Assembly: GCA_964016885.1 (NCBI GenBank)
Contig: OZ024740.1
Span: 126,418,001-126,482,000, forward strand
Length of the DNA stretch: 64,000 nt
Direction of reading: 5' to 3'
Source of the DNA: Eledone cirrhosa
Taxonomy: Eukaryota
How positions within the stretch are numbered: position 1 is the stretch's first letter; each line of letters opens with the position of its first letter. The notes under the pieces were generated by a model that did no database searches, was not told the DNA's origin, and saw only the letters and a list, made by a program, of their open reading frames with translations. Below are positions 39,501-53,308 of the stretch, one piece after another. The position numbers were made by a program, and so were the translations under genes.

Positions 39501-41621
39501 TAAGCATACGGCACCAAAAATAGCAACTCGAAGCCTTTGCATAAACGAATTCATTCACTTTAAAACAAATCTGTATAAGTTTACAATATCGTACGAAACT
39601 GTTACTTGTATATTATAAAAATAGGTCCTTTATGTATTTACCTAATTCTAAAAAGTAGCATAGAGTATCCCAATAAAAGATTCTTATTATTTTTTAATTC
39701 AACTGAAATAAAGGAGTTTCGCCACCACTCAACGTTTGAAGGGGTGATCCATTAACATCTGCAGTCGAATGACTAAATCTAGTGAAAGAAGAACTTAATA
39801 GTCGACATAGCTCTGTTGCTTTTGATGTTCGCTTTATAAGCACATGGTTTCTGGTTCGACCTCATTCCATGGAGACTTGGCAAGAGTCTTATAACTTATC
39901 CTGCATTTGTCTAGTCACGTTATGGAAATGACCGCTTTACAGACGCATAAATATATGTATTACTGAAACCGATTTGTTTCATCATTAAATACTATGAAAT
40001 ATGTCCAATATGTAGGTGTTTCCAATTGTTTTAAGCATTTTAAAAAGTTACTGCTGTAAAAAGACTTCATGATAGGTCCAGATAAACCTCATACCTATTC
40101 TGAGCCGCTATTTGATATGAACAAAATCAGTTTTTCTTCTTCTCAATACACACTTGAAGGTACATGCACTCGTATCTGCGTCTCATTCCAGGTATAATTT
40201 TTCTTTCAATTTCCCATATTTCTGGAACCACCGCTATAAATTGATTTTTGTCAGTAGCGAATATATAACCAATTTGAATTCCAGTCCCAAATAAGAAGCA
40301 AGGGTTCTACATACAATCATGTCCTGGAACTATTGATGTAAATAAAATAACCATCAGTGTACCTGTATAACCAGCAACCATATCTACACATTCACCACAA
40401 TATAGCGAAATTAAGCAATGGCTCGAATTATGTATAAAACAGTACACATAGATGGTCAATTCCGCAGAGAATGGCATTCTTTTTATTGGGTAAGCAGCAT
40501 GGAAACTATATATTCAGATTTGATGAGGATGGTAAAATTCCAATCTTACCGATTACTCACAAAAAAGTTTAAACTAACGCAAATCGGTGATAACAGTCAG
40601 TGTGCTCGGGAAACTGGCAAATAAACAGTTTAGGATACTCCAAAGTATTAAACATTTAATCCTGCAGTTACTTGAAATACCATATATGCTCTTAAATGTA
40701 CTGGAACGTGTAATTTTGGTAGTTGCATGCATGGCCTAGGCTACTATATTAGATTAGTTAGCTGCATTCATTCATAGTATAAGCAAGTAATGAGAGAACA
40801 AACATAGGCGCATAGTATCAGAGATATTTGCAGAGATAGGCTAGTTCAACTATTGTCAACAATGCGTTGGTCATACCTACAATAATCTTGGTTTATTGAC
40901 AAATGTTCAGTATTAAAAATACTTGGATTTAAATGTTGCCGCTACGTTATATAAATATCAAATATCAAATAAAGCCTACAAATGATATGAGAACGAAGTC
41001 ACATGAGTTGGAGATATACTATCATATCCTCTCAAACGTTGGTTTTAGACATTGCTTACAATGACATGCAATGCATATGAGAGACTGGAAGATCAGCGCC
41101 TTAAACTTGTATAATCTCCTTAATACAGAATACAAATTCAGCCGTCCCTTATTCTTTGACAACAATCAATTCAGCTAAGGTAGAAGAATGACAATACCTA
41201 GAATATTGATTATTCATGTGAAAAGAATCTGTTATTTTCTGAGAAAGTTATTTTGAAATGACAGGAGCAAATACGGTAAAACTAAAAGTAAAAATGTAGA
41301 TGCGAACAAAACTATCATGGTAATCATCGAATCCTTATTAGATGTCAAAGTTAGCTTTGATGCCTTATCAAACTATCGCTAAAGATATTCACGTTTACTT
41401 AAACTGACAGCATGCATGTGACTTACTCTAGCAAATATTGCAGACAAAGACATGGTATCATACTCTTAATAAAACTAATGGCTTTTGACTCACGTCATTG
41501 CTTATGAAGCATAGTAGTATCAATGATTTGGTTTACTCAGAACTATTCTTAGATACGAACATATACATATATATTATTGTAAATATATGTGTTTGCCGGC
41601 GCGTGTATACACACACACACG

Positions 41622-41689
<68 letters not shown>

Positions 41690-41696
41690 CACACAC

Positions 41697-41770
<74 letters not shown>

Positions 41771-41771
41771 T

Positions 41772-41969
41772 TGAAAAATGTTTAACCTCGACGGCAGAGC
41801 TCAAGCCGTTTCGACAGCTCTTTCTGGATGGACTCCAGAAATAGCCATCGAAACGACTTGAGCTCTGCCGTTGGGGTTAAACTTTTACCTATTACCCAGT
41901 CTACTACCCGAAGTATTGAGTACTCTGGTGCTTATGGTGCATCTGGTTCCTTACCACACATCATACGTT
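41772..41969 (+). mobile_element. ~200-bp hairpin element, family A copy 2
   Basis: Same palindrome and tail (AAGTATTGAGTACT..GGTGC..TGGTTCCTTACCACA); flanked by (TA)n. Confidence 0.88.
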
Positions 41970-43099
41970 ATATATATATATATATATATCATAAATCATG
42001 TCTTTAGAATCATCAGATAATAAAATATATACTATTTCTTCTTCTAATTAGCATAATTAACCATATAAAAAATCAATCAGAACAAGCTATAAGAATAAAT
42101 GCTCTTATATATATGTTTGTGTGTGTGTGTGTGCGTATAAGTGTATGTATCCATATATATATATATTACGCATAAATGATATATACATATATATATATGT
42201 ATTTATGTGTGTGCTTTTGTGAAGGGGTACGGCGGGTTTATGTACAATTCCCGTCTACCAAGTTCAACTCAATGTATTGGGTAACCTGAGGCTGTTGTTG
42301 CAGACATTTATCCAAATTTGATTCTTAAATTGAGATTTAAACCAATACCGCATATTCGTGAACTACATTTCTTAAATCAGCCTCGGGTCCTAATATCGTT
42401 AAATAAGTTTATTCGAAATAAATCTTACTGTTTCATATCGCATTTAATATTATATTCTGTAAAAAGACTGTTACTTCAAACACAATATGTGTTAGATTTC
42501 TTTATCAAACGTTTTGAAACAATATTAATTCTGCCAAATTTACGAATTTCAAAAATATATTTGGAGTTGTATTTTTAGCTCTAGGTCAGCCAAGATTAAG
42601 CAGATACATGAACACACATATGCCTTTTATATGTCAGAGTATATGCTTTGCTTATCAGACCCCTCCCTTTTTAAGACGTTAGGTTTAATGAAACCCGGAT
42701 TCAGTTTCTGGCATGTCAAGCAATCCCACACTATGTCCATCGAATCAGATTTATTTGGGAATGCATTTCATGGGGTATGAATCATATTTAATAAATATCT
42801 TCTGTAATACATAGTAATATCAATTTCCGTTTGAGTAAATTTATATTACATGCCATTGATGTATTTTTCCCACCACCAGCAGCTCCTGTCAGATGAAATA
42901 TGCTTGTAATTCAAAGAGCCATTCTTGTCACAAACTGTTTCACAAAGATTATCCCCGAGAATTATGTTAATTTTACCCCTGTCCCTGGAGTGCTCAATGA
43001 CTTGCCCATCAGTTTTACAAACAGGCTGTTACATCGATCGAAATACTGGAATATTAACTGTGAAAATTAACGGACGAGTCCACGTGTTTTGAAAATCCT

Positions 43100-44500
43100 G
43101 GTCTCGCCGATAGCTGTAACATTCATTGCTAGTAACCTGAGATCGTTGAGGAAGCGGTCTTGCTTCCAGGTGCTTCCCAGCCCACGTACATTGAAACAAT
43201 GTACGGCTAGCACTGCCATGATGGTCGGGTGGTTTGGCCTCCATTTCTGGATGTTTGTGTTGCTTTGGGAACCCCTTTAAAATAATGCTCGAGTCTTTCA
43301 CATTAGGAATCCCAACGTCTTTGAGGAAGCTCTCATTAAGGATAGGATAATAATTTTAATGGTTAATAGGCATCGGCAACATCAGCAGGTTTCGGGTCAT
43401 TTGATGGTGTAGGCGCCAAAACTCTACCCGTCTTTCTCAATGTCATGGCTCTGTGTTACTAGGACCATTATTTTGATGCTGTTCCTTCTTAGTAACATGA
43501 AGTCGGATGTTTCTATTGTTGGTTTTTGCGTGTTTTTTGAGGGGCTTGAGTTACTCATGTGTAGTATTGTTGGTGTTTTTTTAATTTTTGATGATGGTTA
43601 TGTTGTTGGTGTAGTTGTAGCTCTGTCAGTGTTTGCTGTGTCTGTGTTTTGTGTGCTCTTGGTATGTGTCAAGATGTATTTTGTTTTCCTTTTGTGTTTC
43701 CTTTCTTGCTCTCTTTGTATTTTGGGTTACCCCTCATCTTCACTTGGGGATGAGGAGGAACTATTGTTTGAGGTGAGTGGGAGTGTGTTTTGGGGTGTGT
43801 TAGTGTTGGTTTGTGTCTGTCTTTTTGAAAGAGGGGGAGATAGACAGCATTTTGGGCGATACCCTGGATCATTTTTATGATCAATGCTTGTGTTGTTGCT
43901 GCTGCTGTTGTCGCTGGTGGTGCTGTCTCTTTTACCCTTGTGGCTGCTGGTGCTGGTGTTGTAGTTTGTCCCGGTCTTCGCATCAACGGAGGTTTGTGGC
44001 GACCTGCAGTTTTGAGCTGGGGGCAAACATTTAGGTTGTGTGTGGCTTCACCTTAAACAAAACAATGCGGCCGTTTGCTCTCTGTGACTAACTATATTCC
44101 GAACCCGTCCTGTAATTTAATGAGATAAGGGATATATTTTATGTCTTCGGGTCTGATTGGGAGCATATTCTCCAAACAAATCTCGGACCAACACTTCCTA
44201 TTTGTAAATGTGATGTCAAGGAGGGTGTCAGTGCCCTTTGCCACAACGTATCCCATGAGCCCCCATAGGTCTAGTCATTACGGAAGCCTGGGAAGACGGA
44301 CCCTTACACTCCTCTTTTCCATGTAGGACGCGTACATGATTATTTGGTCCGTTTTGCTAGGACCCACACTATGCTTGATAGCAAGGGCTTTGAAGATGAC
44401 CAAGGTGCTCCCAAATTATTTGGCCCTTGCTATATGCACTATGTCGTTATTGATGAACTTCAGTGCACAAAAGAATAATACTTTAAACTATATCACGATG
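43100..44500 (-). pseudogene. Decayed gag-like ORF1 of a non-LTR retrotransposon
   Basis: Minus strand PTYMEKRSVRVRLPRLP, then a degenerate knuckle RPHCF.*..H..NVCPQ followed by a T/P/S-rich low-complexity tail. Confidence 0.45.
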
Positions 44501-45448
44501 ACAATCCAAATAAAGAACATACTAAACACCTAAGAAACCAGAAACAAAACACTCATATTATACAATACACTTATCTTATATCGCTATAATTCCCGCAAAT
44601 CCAAGTCAAGACCAGCGCAAATTTACGATGAGATATATGAATACATGTATACACACCATACACAAGATAGCATTGCTACTCACTGCACACGTATAAAGTA
44701 GAATGCATACAATACTATAGAGAACACCTGCAGCTATCCGAGGCACAGCAAAGTGCAGCACTCCATTAATGCAGTGAATGTGAGTAATAGAAAGAAAGGT
44801 AGTGAAATATTAATAATGTCAATATTTAAATTTCGTCTGAAATGTTAGAGCAATACATTCAGGAATAGCAATGTCAATAATTATCTCAGCACTTCTGTGT
44901 ATCCTTACTCCTGATATCCGCTTCTATTTGAATATGTTCCTTAATGACAGTATGATTGTTTTCCTTTCATTGTGTTTTGGATTTTATATACAGACACACA
45001 CACACACACTCTCTCTCTCTCTGTCTCACGCACACATATATATATATTAAAACACAAGTATAATAGTACGAGTACATGTATTTAATTTCCGACTCTCTAT
45101 ATCTGACCAAAGGCAAACATACTTTTACAGAAAACACACTGCAGACGGTACACAACTGAGAATAACGCATAAATACGCGTACACAGAATATTACACACTC
45201 CGACTTACACATACACAACCTGCACATACATACCCATAAATATACATGTGTCTGTATATATGTGTGTGTGTGTGAGTGCCCGAATGGTAATCACGCAATT
45301 ATATAACAATCAGTCTACAGAATAATCAATATCCAGAATAGCGTATAATGTGGATATTTCCCAACAAAGCCTCTGTCAATTATTGAAGAAATATCTCATA
45401 CTGGGTGAGTATATATATATATAATTATATATGTACATATATTGTACA

Positions 45449-45511
<63 letters not shown>

Positions 45512-45514
<3 letters not shown>

Positions 45515-47460
45515 GGAAAAATTTGAACAGGAACAAAACAGAGAGGCAGTACAACGAATGTTTATTAATTTCACGCTCTGGAGAGTGGGGTGGTGGTGGG
45601 GAACGACGTTTCGGGCGTAAGCCCTTCCTCAGGTGAGAAGTGTGTGGGAACAGAGTTCAAAGGGTGTGTGGGGGAGTGGTGGAGAGACATATAGCGAAAG
45701 GAAACGGTGCGAATGAAATTAAAAATAAAAATTAAAATAAAGCATGATCAAAATACAGGGAATGAAATAAAATTAAATATAAAAGCATTATCAAAATAAA
45801 CTGAAATTAAAAGGGGGGTAAAACAGGTGGTGGAAGGGTGTGGGGTGTGTAGGGGTGGTGGCGGGTGGAGTGGGGAGAGGGAGACGGGGTGTCCGAGCGG
45901 GGAGGGCTGAGGGTGGTGTGTGTGTGTAGGTGTACGTGTGTGTGTGTGTATGTGAAAGTAAGGGTTGCGGAAGAACGGGGTTGCATGTTCAGGAATAGGT
46001 GTGTGTGTGTGGGGGGGGTTGTAGGTCGGAGTGTATGTGCGTGTGTGGATAGAGGGGTGGGGGGGAGGAATCAGGAGGCTGAGGGTGTAAATATGTGGTG
46101 GAAAGCACGTGTGTGTGGGGTTTAAGCGTGTTGTGGGTGTAGGTGGCGTGTGGAGAAAAAAATGTTTTTTGGGTGTGTGTGTGGGTGAGTTATATAGGTG
46201 ATTCCGTAAGAAGATGGTTGAAAAGTTGGTAAAATCCTATGATGTTTAGTGGATTCCGTGGTGGTCAAGTTCCACATACGAGTATTCCATGAAGAGATGG
46301 TCGGAAGAGGAAGTGGTCAAGCAGTGGGAGTGCTGTGTGTCTGTTTGTGCTGGGAGGTGGTCAGAGGGCATAGCAGCAGTCGGTGGAAAGGTAAAGGAGC
46401 GAGGATGGGTAGGTGTGAAAGTTGGAGTGAGGAGGGTGTGTGTGTGTATTAGTAGAGGTGTTAGTGGGATGAGTGAGTGTGGAGCGAGGGTGTGGGTGGA
46501 GCGGGGGGAGAAGGGTGTGTGTAGTTCTATGGAGGGAGTGTGGTGTACTGGTGTGTGTGTAGTTTGATGAAGGGGTGTTAGTGGGTGTTAGTATACGGGA
46601 GGTGGGGAAGGGTTGAATGCAGGTGTGAGTGGGGGTTAGTGGTGGTAGGGTGTGTAGAGTTGGTGGTGTACGAGGGTGTGTGGGTACGTGTGCGTGAATT
46701 GGGGGATGTTAGTGATGTTAGTTTCGTGTGGGCTGGGTGGTGTAAGTGGGTGCGTGTGTTCGTGTGCTTGGGGTCAGGGGGTGTTAGTGAGGTTAGTTGA
46801 AGGGTGGTGGGATGGAGGTGTGGGGGTGAGAGGTGTGGGGGTGAGGGTTAGTGGTGGTAGTAGGGTGTGTGTTTAGTGTGAGCGCGTGTATATATGTGCC
46901 GGTGGGTGTGTGCGTGTGATAAGGAGGGGGAGGAGGAGAGGAAGAGAGGGATGTTAGTATGTTAGTTGGGGAGGGGTGGTCGGATGAGGGGTGGAGTGGA
47001 GTATTTTAGTATTGTTAGTTGTGGGGTGGACGGTGAAAAGGAGGGGTGTGCTAGTGGTGTTAGTGGGGGATAAGTGTGGGGGAGGGGGCGGGCGAAGGCT
47101 AAAGGAATAAGGGGGGAGTGTGGGTCTGTAAGATGAAGATAGTTCTTTGTTCGACTCTAAGGCGATTGGTGGGTTCCGTGGCATTGGAGTAGGCCACAGA
47201 CTGTGAGATGGCGTGCGGAATGTCCAGGGCCGCCGAAGTGGCGGGCGATGGGGGAACTACCACCGAGACGAATATCCCGGAGGTGCTCAGTGAATCGGTC
47301 CGCCAGGCGACGTCCCGTCTGTCCGACGTAAGTCGCGCTGCACTCCGTTCGGCGAAGTCCGTAGACTAGGTTGGAGGAGGTGCAGCGGAAGGCATGCCGG
47401 ACAGAGAGAGAGAGAGTGGCCATTGGGACCCTGGAAGGTGGTGGTGTTGGTGATGTGGTA
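45512..47460 (-). mobile_element. Penelope-like element, 5'-truncated: GIY-YIG, long C/A-rich 3' region, pseudo-LTR
   Basis: ORF 47157-47468 [36 protein letters not shown]...IARHF; hammerhead near the 3' end; flanked by (TA)n. Confidence 0.88.
45603..45634 (-). ncRNA. Minimal hammerhead ribozyme motif (Penelope type)
   Basis: Minus strand: AC-CTGAGGA-AGGGCTTACGCCC-GAAACGTC-GT; stem I very short. Confidence 0.65.
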
Positions 47461-47467
47461 ATGTACA

Positions 47468-47559
<92 letters not shown>

Positions 47560-47561
47560 CC

Positions 47562-47611
<50 letters not shown>

Positions 47612-47657
47612 CCTATATATATATATATATATATATATATAGGTATATATATATATA

Positions 47658-47746
<89 letters not shown>

Positions 47747-47839
47747 GTATATGTATATCTATATATATATATATATATAAATGGAATAGAATGAAACGAA
47801 TTTTCATTTCTCACTCTTAATACGGCAGCTACTTAAATG

Positions 47840-48680
47840 TAAGTATGTATATATATGTATACGTACATACATATATGTATACAGACGTACAGTAGTATGT
47901 ATATATATACATACATGCACACATATATATATGCACGTATCGGTTTACGAACATTTATTATAATGCTCCGTTTGTTTATATATATGTTGTTGTGTACCGA
48001 CATCCCAGTTTGCAGATTGGAGCACTCGACGTTGTACGCAGGCTGGCTTGTTTACTCTGGAGTAAGGTAAAATAATTAAGTCAAATATGTAACATTTGGC
48101 TTCGTTTATTATAAATTATAGATATACCGCTATATATATACATTTCGGTGACAGCCATCTTTTGCTGTGATCTCTTCAGGCAATACGAATTGGTGAGGGA
48201 AAGACAGGTACACATGCTGTTGAAGTGTGTTTTACTCCGTCAATACATCGATATGTCCAGCTCCTGGTTGTGTTGTTATTCTACTGTGGAACTGGAATCA
48301 TATGATATCTGAGCTCCTGGAATAATATGATTGCAGTTCCTCAGAAGAATAACAACACAACCAGGAGCTGGACATATCGATGTATTGACGGAGTAAAACA
48401 CACTTCAACAACATGTGTACCTGTCTTTCCCACACCAATTCGGACTGCCTGAAGAGGTCACAGCCAATGATGGCTGTCACCGAAATGTATATATATAGCG
48501 GTATATCTATAATTTATAATAAACGAAGCCAAATGTTACATATTTGACTTAATTATTTTACATTACTCCAGAGTAAACAAGCCAGCCTGCGTACAACGTC
48601 GAGTGCTCCAATCTGCATACTGGGATGTCGGTACACAACAACATATATATAAACAAACCGAGCATTATAATAAATGTTCG
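47840..48680. mobile_element. Family B fold-back, copy 2: ~355-bp inverted arms (47949-48305 / 48322-48680)
   Basis: Arms are reverse complements with scattered mismatches; each arm carries a hammerhead. Confidence 0.9.
48444..48502 (+). ncRNA. Type I hammerhead ribozyme (family B); mirrored copy on minus strand at ~48126-48184
   Basis: ACTGC-CTGAAGA-GGTCACAGCCAATGATGGCTGTCACC-GAAA-TGTATATATA-TA-GCGGT. Confidence 0.8.
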
Positions 48681-50062
48681 TTAGAGAATACGATAACCTA
48701 CAAGGCGGAATCTATAGAGACGATACTCTACTTTTAGCTAGAAACTTGAATAATCAGAACTTAGAAAGATTAAGGAAAAATATTATAACATTCTTTAATG
48801 ATTTAGGCCTTAGCATTACTTTTGAACCCAACTCTAAAAGAGTCAACTTCTTGGACGTATCGTTTAATCTTAACTCAGGACTAATAGAACCATTCCATAA
48901 GAATAATGAAAATTTAGCTTACATTGACATATAACTCTAACCATCCTAGATCCATAATTAACTCCATAGCGCATAGTATATCCCTTAGAATCTCTTGCCT
49001 ATCTTCTAACCAGGAAATGTTTAACGAACACGCTAGCTACTACAACTTAGCTTTACTTAAGGCAGGCCATAAAGAGCGACTCAAATACATACTAGATACA
49101 AAAAATTGCAACACACTTAATTTTAATAATACTTTCCACAACCATAGAAACAACAAACCTAGGACTAAACGCATAAATTGGCAGCATACACGTAATTTAA
49201 ATGAACAGAATGCTAATACAAAAACCACTAGTAGCCATAGAAGATGCAGGAATAGAAATTACTTATGGTTTAATCCAATGTTTAACTCCTCTATTAAAAC
49301 TAAACTTCCTTTCACTTTCCTTAAATTAGTTGACAAACACTTCCCTAAAACTCATAAATATCATAGAATCTTTAATAGAAAAACTATCAAACTATCATAC
49401 TCCACAGCCAATAACATAGAATCGCACATTCACAAAATTAACTCAAAAAGATTTATAATCCAAATAGCCAGCAAATAAGTACCATATCACCAAATACAGA
49501 ACATAAGCATATTAAATAATCGCAAACTAACACACGCCGGAGCACACCACCACAATACATCAACAAACCTAATTCTCAGCCCATACATAACAATATACAA
49601 AACATATAGTAGAACCGGCGCATAGGAAAGCATCTTTATGTAACTGCCACTTACCTGACAATTGCCCTTTACTAAACAGATGCCTAGAGAAAAATGTAGT
49701 ATACCTGTATACTATAAATTCAGGTGGCCTGACATGGTATTACATTGATTCCACAGCTGGTGAATATTAAAAAAAGGTGGTACGTGCACAGACATTCTAT
49801 GATTAAAGAGAATCTATCAAATACAACTCTCACCAACAAAATCTGGCAACTCAAGAATGCAAGCATTGAATACGAGATCAGTTGGACAATATTGTCAACA
49901 GCAAAGACCTAGGAAATAGGTATGTCCCATTGCAAGCTCTTTAATATGGTGCTTTTCCAAATTCTTAATTTCAACAAAACCCTTCTTAAAAGTAGAATTG
50001 AACGAACTATTTTCTGCCGGCACAAATCAGCAACGAAATTCGTGAACTTTAGACCAGCTTAA
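48674..50062 (+). pseudogene. Naiad-like PLE RT (YRDD onward) plus GIY-YIG, frameshifted
   Basis: GGIYRDD, VNFLDVSFNL, SNHP..I, WFNPMF, LVDKHFP..HKY..IFNR.TIKLSYS; CNCHLPDNCPLLNRC..NVVY...YYID at ~49639; IWQLK, ISWTIL, CRH, TAA at 50060-50062. Confidence 0.9.
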
Positions 50063-51220
50063 TTCCATGTTCCATTCCTTATCCCTTTTCTACCATTAGA
50101 ATCTACTACGGTATCACATTATCAGCAGCATCGTCCTCATTATAATTACGAAAGAACAACATCAGAACATCTTGTATTGACATTCTTATTTTATACACCT
50201 CGATCTTTCACCATTTGTCTTTGTTTTTCTCTACTTAAACCTATTTCATCTCGATCATTTTTTCCTATCATATAATGCATCTTAAACTAGTTAATTTACT
50301 TACTAAAATATCCAATATTATGATATTTTCAACTTAACATCTATCCGAATTTAATAATCATCAATACATATTCACAATAACATTAACAATATTAATATTA
50401 CTCTTATTAGTCTCTTCAACGCATTTATTTATTTATTTATTCTCATCTCTACGTTTCAGATACTATACCATTTTATATAACAATAGATGTACATTGTTTA
50501 TTTACTCATCTATATTTTTATTTATTTATCCTTTTATTTATTTATTTACTTTTTTATTTATTTATTTATTTGTTTCTATGCTTAAATATCTATTTTTACT
50601 TGCTTTCATTCTTGCATTAACATATATTCGTCTGTCTGTTTATCTTCCTTCTTCTCTCATTCGTCAACAATTACTCATCCGCTCGTACGCCTTAATTCTT
50701 CTGTCTTCAGCATGATGTCTCTACCTGTCTTTCTGTTTCCTTCTTCATTTTTCTCTACCTCTTTCTCTTTTTCCTTCTTCATCCTTCTTTTTCTTCTCTA
50801 GCTTTACTACATCTATCCCCCATTCTTTCTATCTGTATCTTTATTATCAATATTATTTTTATTTTGATGTGATAGTTTGGTTTGGTAATTTTACCGGTTG
50901 TGCATATAACCCTATTTTCTTTTTCTCGTCTTCCTATCCGCCCCCCCCCCCCCATCATTTCCATCTGTCCACCTACCTTTATTTCTCTCTATATCTTTAT
51001 TATTAATATCATTATTGATGTGGTAATTTGAATTTATAAATTTACCGTTACGCATATATTTTTTATTTTCTATTATTCTCTTACAAAATGATAGGGGTTG
51101 CATGTATTTTAAATTGAGTGCGACTACCAGTGTTTAGCAATGTCTAGACATCTCTATCATTGAAACAATTGTTAGACTGTAAATACATTTCCTTGTTTGT
51201 ACTGTTCTTCACTTTTCTCA

Positions 51221-51249
<29 letters not shown>

Positions 51250-51251
<2 letters not shown>

Positions 51252-51447
51252 GGAACGAGTAGGACCCCGACGGCTGAGCTCAAGCCGTTTCAACGGCTAA
51301 TTCTGGAATTAGTCCAGAATTAGCCGTCGAAAGGCTTGAGCTCAGCCGTCGGGGTCCTACTCGTTGCTATTACCCACTCTACTACCCTAAGTATTGAGTA
51401 CTTTGGTGCGTTATGGTCCACCTGGTTCCTTACCACATTTCCTCCGT

Positions 51448-51448
<1 letters not shown>
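51250..51448 (+). mobile_element. ~200-bp hairpin element, family A copy 3
   Basis: Same palindrome and tail as 32208-32402 (opposite orientation); flanked by (TA)n. Confidence 0.9.
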
Positions 51449-51479
<31 letters not shown>

Positions 51480-51567
51480 TGCAAAAGTTCTATTTAAATT
51501 GTTGGGATACAACAAGCAAATAATTTTATAACTGATATAAAGAACTCAACAATTATTTGGAGTAAAC

Positions 51568-51650
51568 ATACGATATTAACAAATGGAAACTATATTTATA
51601 AAACCATATTATGGTTTTATAAATATAGTTTCCATTTGTTAATATCGTAT
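51568..51650. repeat. Perfect 41-bp-arm palindrome with 1-nt centre
   Basis: ATACGATATTAACAAATGGAAACTATATTTATAAAACCATA-T-reverse complement. Confidence 0.93.
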
Positions 51651-51665
51651 ATATACATATATATC

Positions 51666-51755
51666 ACATAAGAAACGGAGAATCAGTGGTGCGACGAATT
51701 AGAAATTATTAGACATATCACAATCGTCGCACCACTATTTCTTCGTTTCTTATGT
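51666..51755. repeat. Imperfect ~32-bp inverted repeat
   Basis: ACATAAGAAACGGAGAATCAGTGGTGCGACGA versus TCGTCGCACCACTATTTTCTTCGTTTCTTATGT. Confidence 0.8.
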
Positions 51756-51851
51756 CATGTTATACTCTGCTCTGTAAGAGCATCGAGTGCTCATATGGCC
51801 TACCGCATACGGACGCTTTAAGCATCCCACATCAAATATATATATGTATAT

Positions 51852-51927
<76 letters not shown>

Positions 51928-51997
51928 TATATATATATATATATATACATATAAACATATATATATATATATATATATGTATACATACATATATATA

Positions 51998-52543
51998 TAA
52001 AATAATAAGTGTAAGTCAAACATGTTAAAGTCGGCTTCGTTTATTCCAATTTGCTGCTACACATATTTCAGTGAGAACCATTACCAGCACTGATAAAAAC
52101 AACAATAACAGTCTGACCTCTTTCTTAAGAATTTCAATAGCCTTTTGGCTGAGGTGTGGTATGATAGCTGCTCAATGAGGTGGGAGCATATCCTTTGGAC
52201 GCTAAAATTCGTTTATTCTTGCCCATATGATTCCAGTTCCTTTTGGGACTAACAACACACACAGGAGATAGACATATCGATGAATTAACAGGATAGAACC
52301 CATTACAACATCATGTTTTCCTGTTTTTTCTGCCTTAATTCTTACTGCCTGATGATGTCACAGCCAATAATGGCTGTGACTGAAATATGTATAGCACCGA
52401 CTTGGAATTAACGAAGCCAACTTTAACATATTTGACTTACATTTATTATTTTACATTAATCCGGAGTGAACAGACCAACATGCGCACTTTGTTGAGTGCT
52501 CCTACATGCATACTGAGGTGTCGGTAAACAACCGACACATACT

Positions 52544-52548
<5 letters not shown>
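51998..52548 (+). mobile_element. Family B fold-back, copy 3 (diverged), with hammerhead at 52346-52396
   Basis: TGC-CTGATGA-TGTCACAGCCAATAATGGCTGTGACT-GAAA-TATGTA-TA-GCA. Short inverted arm 51998-52072. Confidence 0.8.
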
Positions 52549-52582
<34 letters not shown>

Positions 52583-53132
52583 TTTTTTTTTTTGTATGAG
52601 TGTATGTGTGTACACACGTACACAAATATATGAAACTTTTTTTTCATATAAGTATATTTCAATATCAGCCACCACATACATCTATTCCTACTATTTTATA
52701 CGTCTGTATTTTATATATATAAATATTCATATTTTACAATCAAGCTGCATCTTGAAATCGTTTGAAAATGCATTTTGTCATTGAACAAACAACCTCACTA
52801 TATTAATACATGATTTGAAATCTATTGGTGGCAGATTTGTTAAATGTAGCTATTAATATAAATTGTTCATGAAATAGCCACAGCTGAATCAAAGCGTTGC
52901 GAGTGAAGTTGGATAGACGAAAACTCGCCGGAACACCATCCGATAGATTTTCCTAATTAAAAAATCATGCTTTGTTACATATTGGATCATGCTGATCCAA
53001 CTTGCACGTTCTGTTAAGGATGCACCTAGGTATCAAAGCAGCAACAAACACGCTAATTCAACGGTTAATAATTTCAATTATTAAAACAAATGGATGCTCA
53101 TCAACATGATAGAAGATTCATTAACATTATTA

Positions 53133-53308
53133 GGATTGGCAGTATCGGTAGAGGGTCGGCCGCCATGCTTTGTAGCACAGTTACGTCCCTTTACGAACTA
53201 AGTTCAAATCCCGCCGAGGTTAACTTTGCCTTTCATCCTTACGGGGTCGATAAAATAAAATACCAGTACACTGGGATAATTGCTGGCCTTGTGCCAAAAG
53301 TAGAAACA
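53133..53308 (+). mobile_element. tRNA-derived SINE copy
   Basis: Matches 5455-5635; ATTATT on both flanks. Confidence 0.92.

Noticed and set aside
37700-41500. Possible ancient coding or transposon remnants (also 17500-18600, 32470-33600)
   Set aside because: Hand translation gave no motif series I could assign; needs BLASTX.
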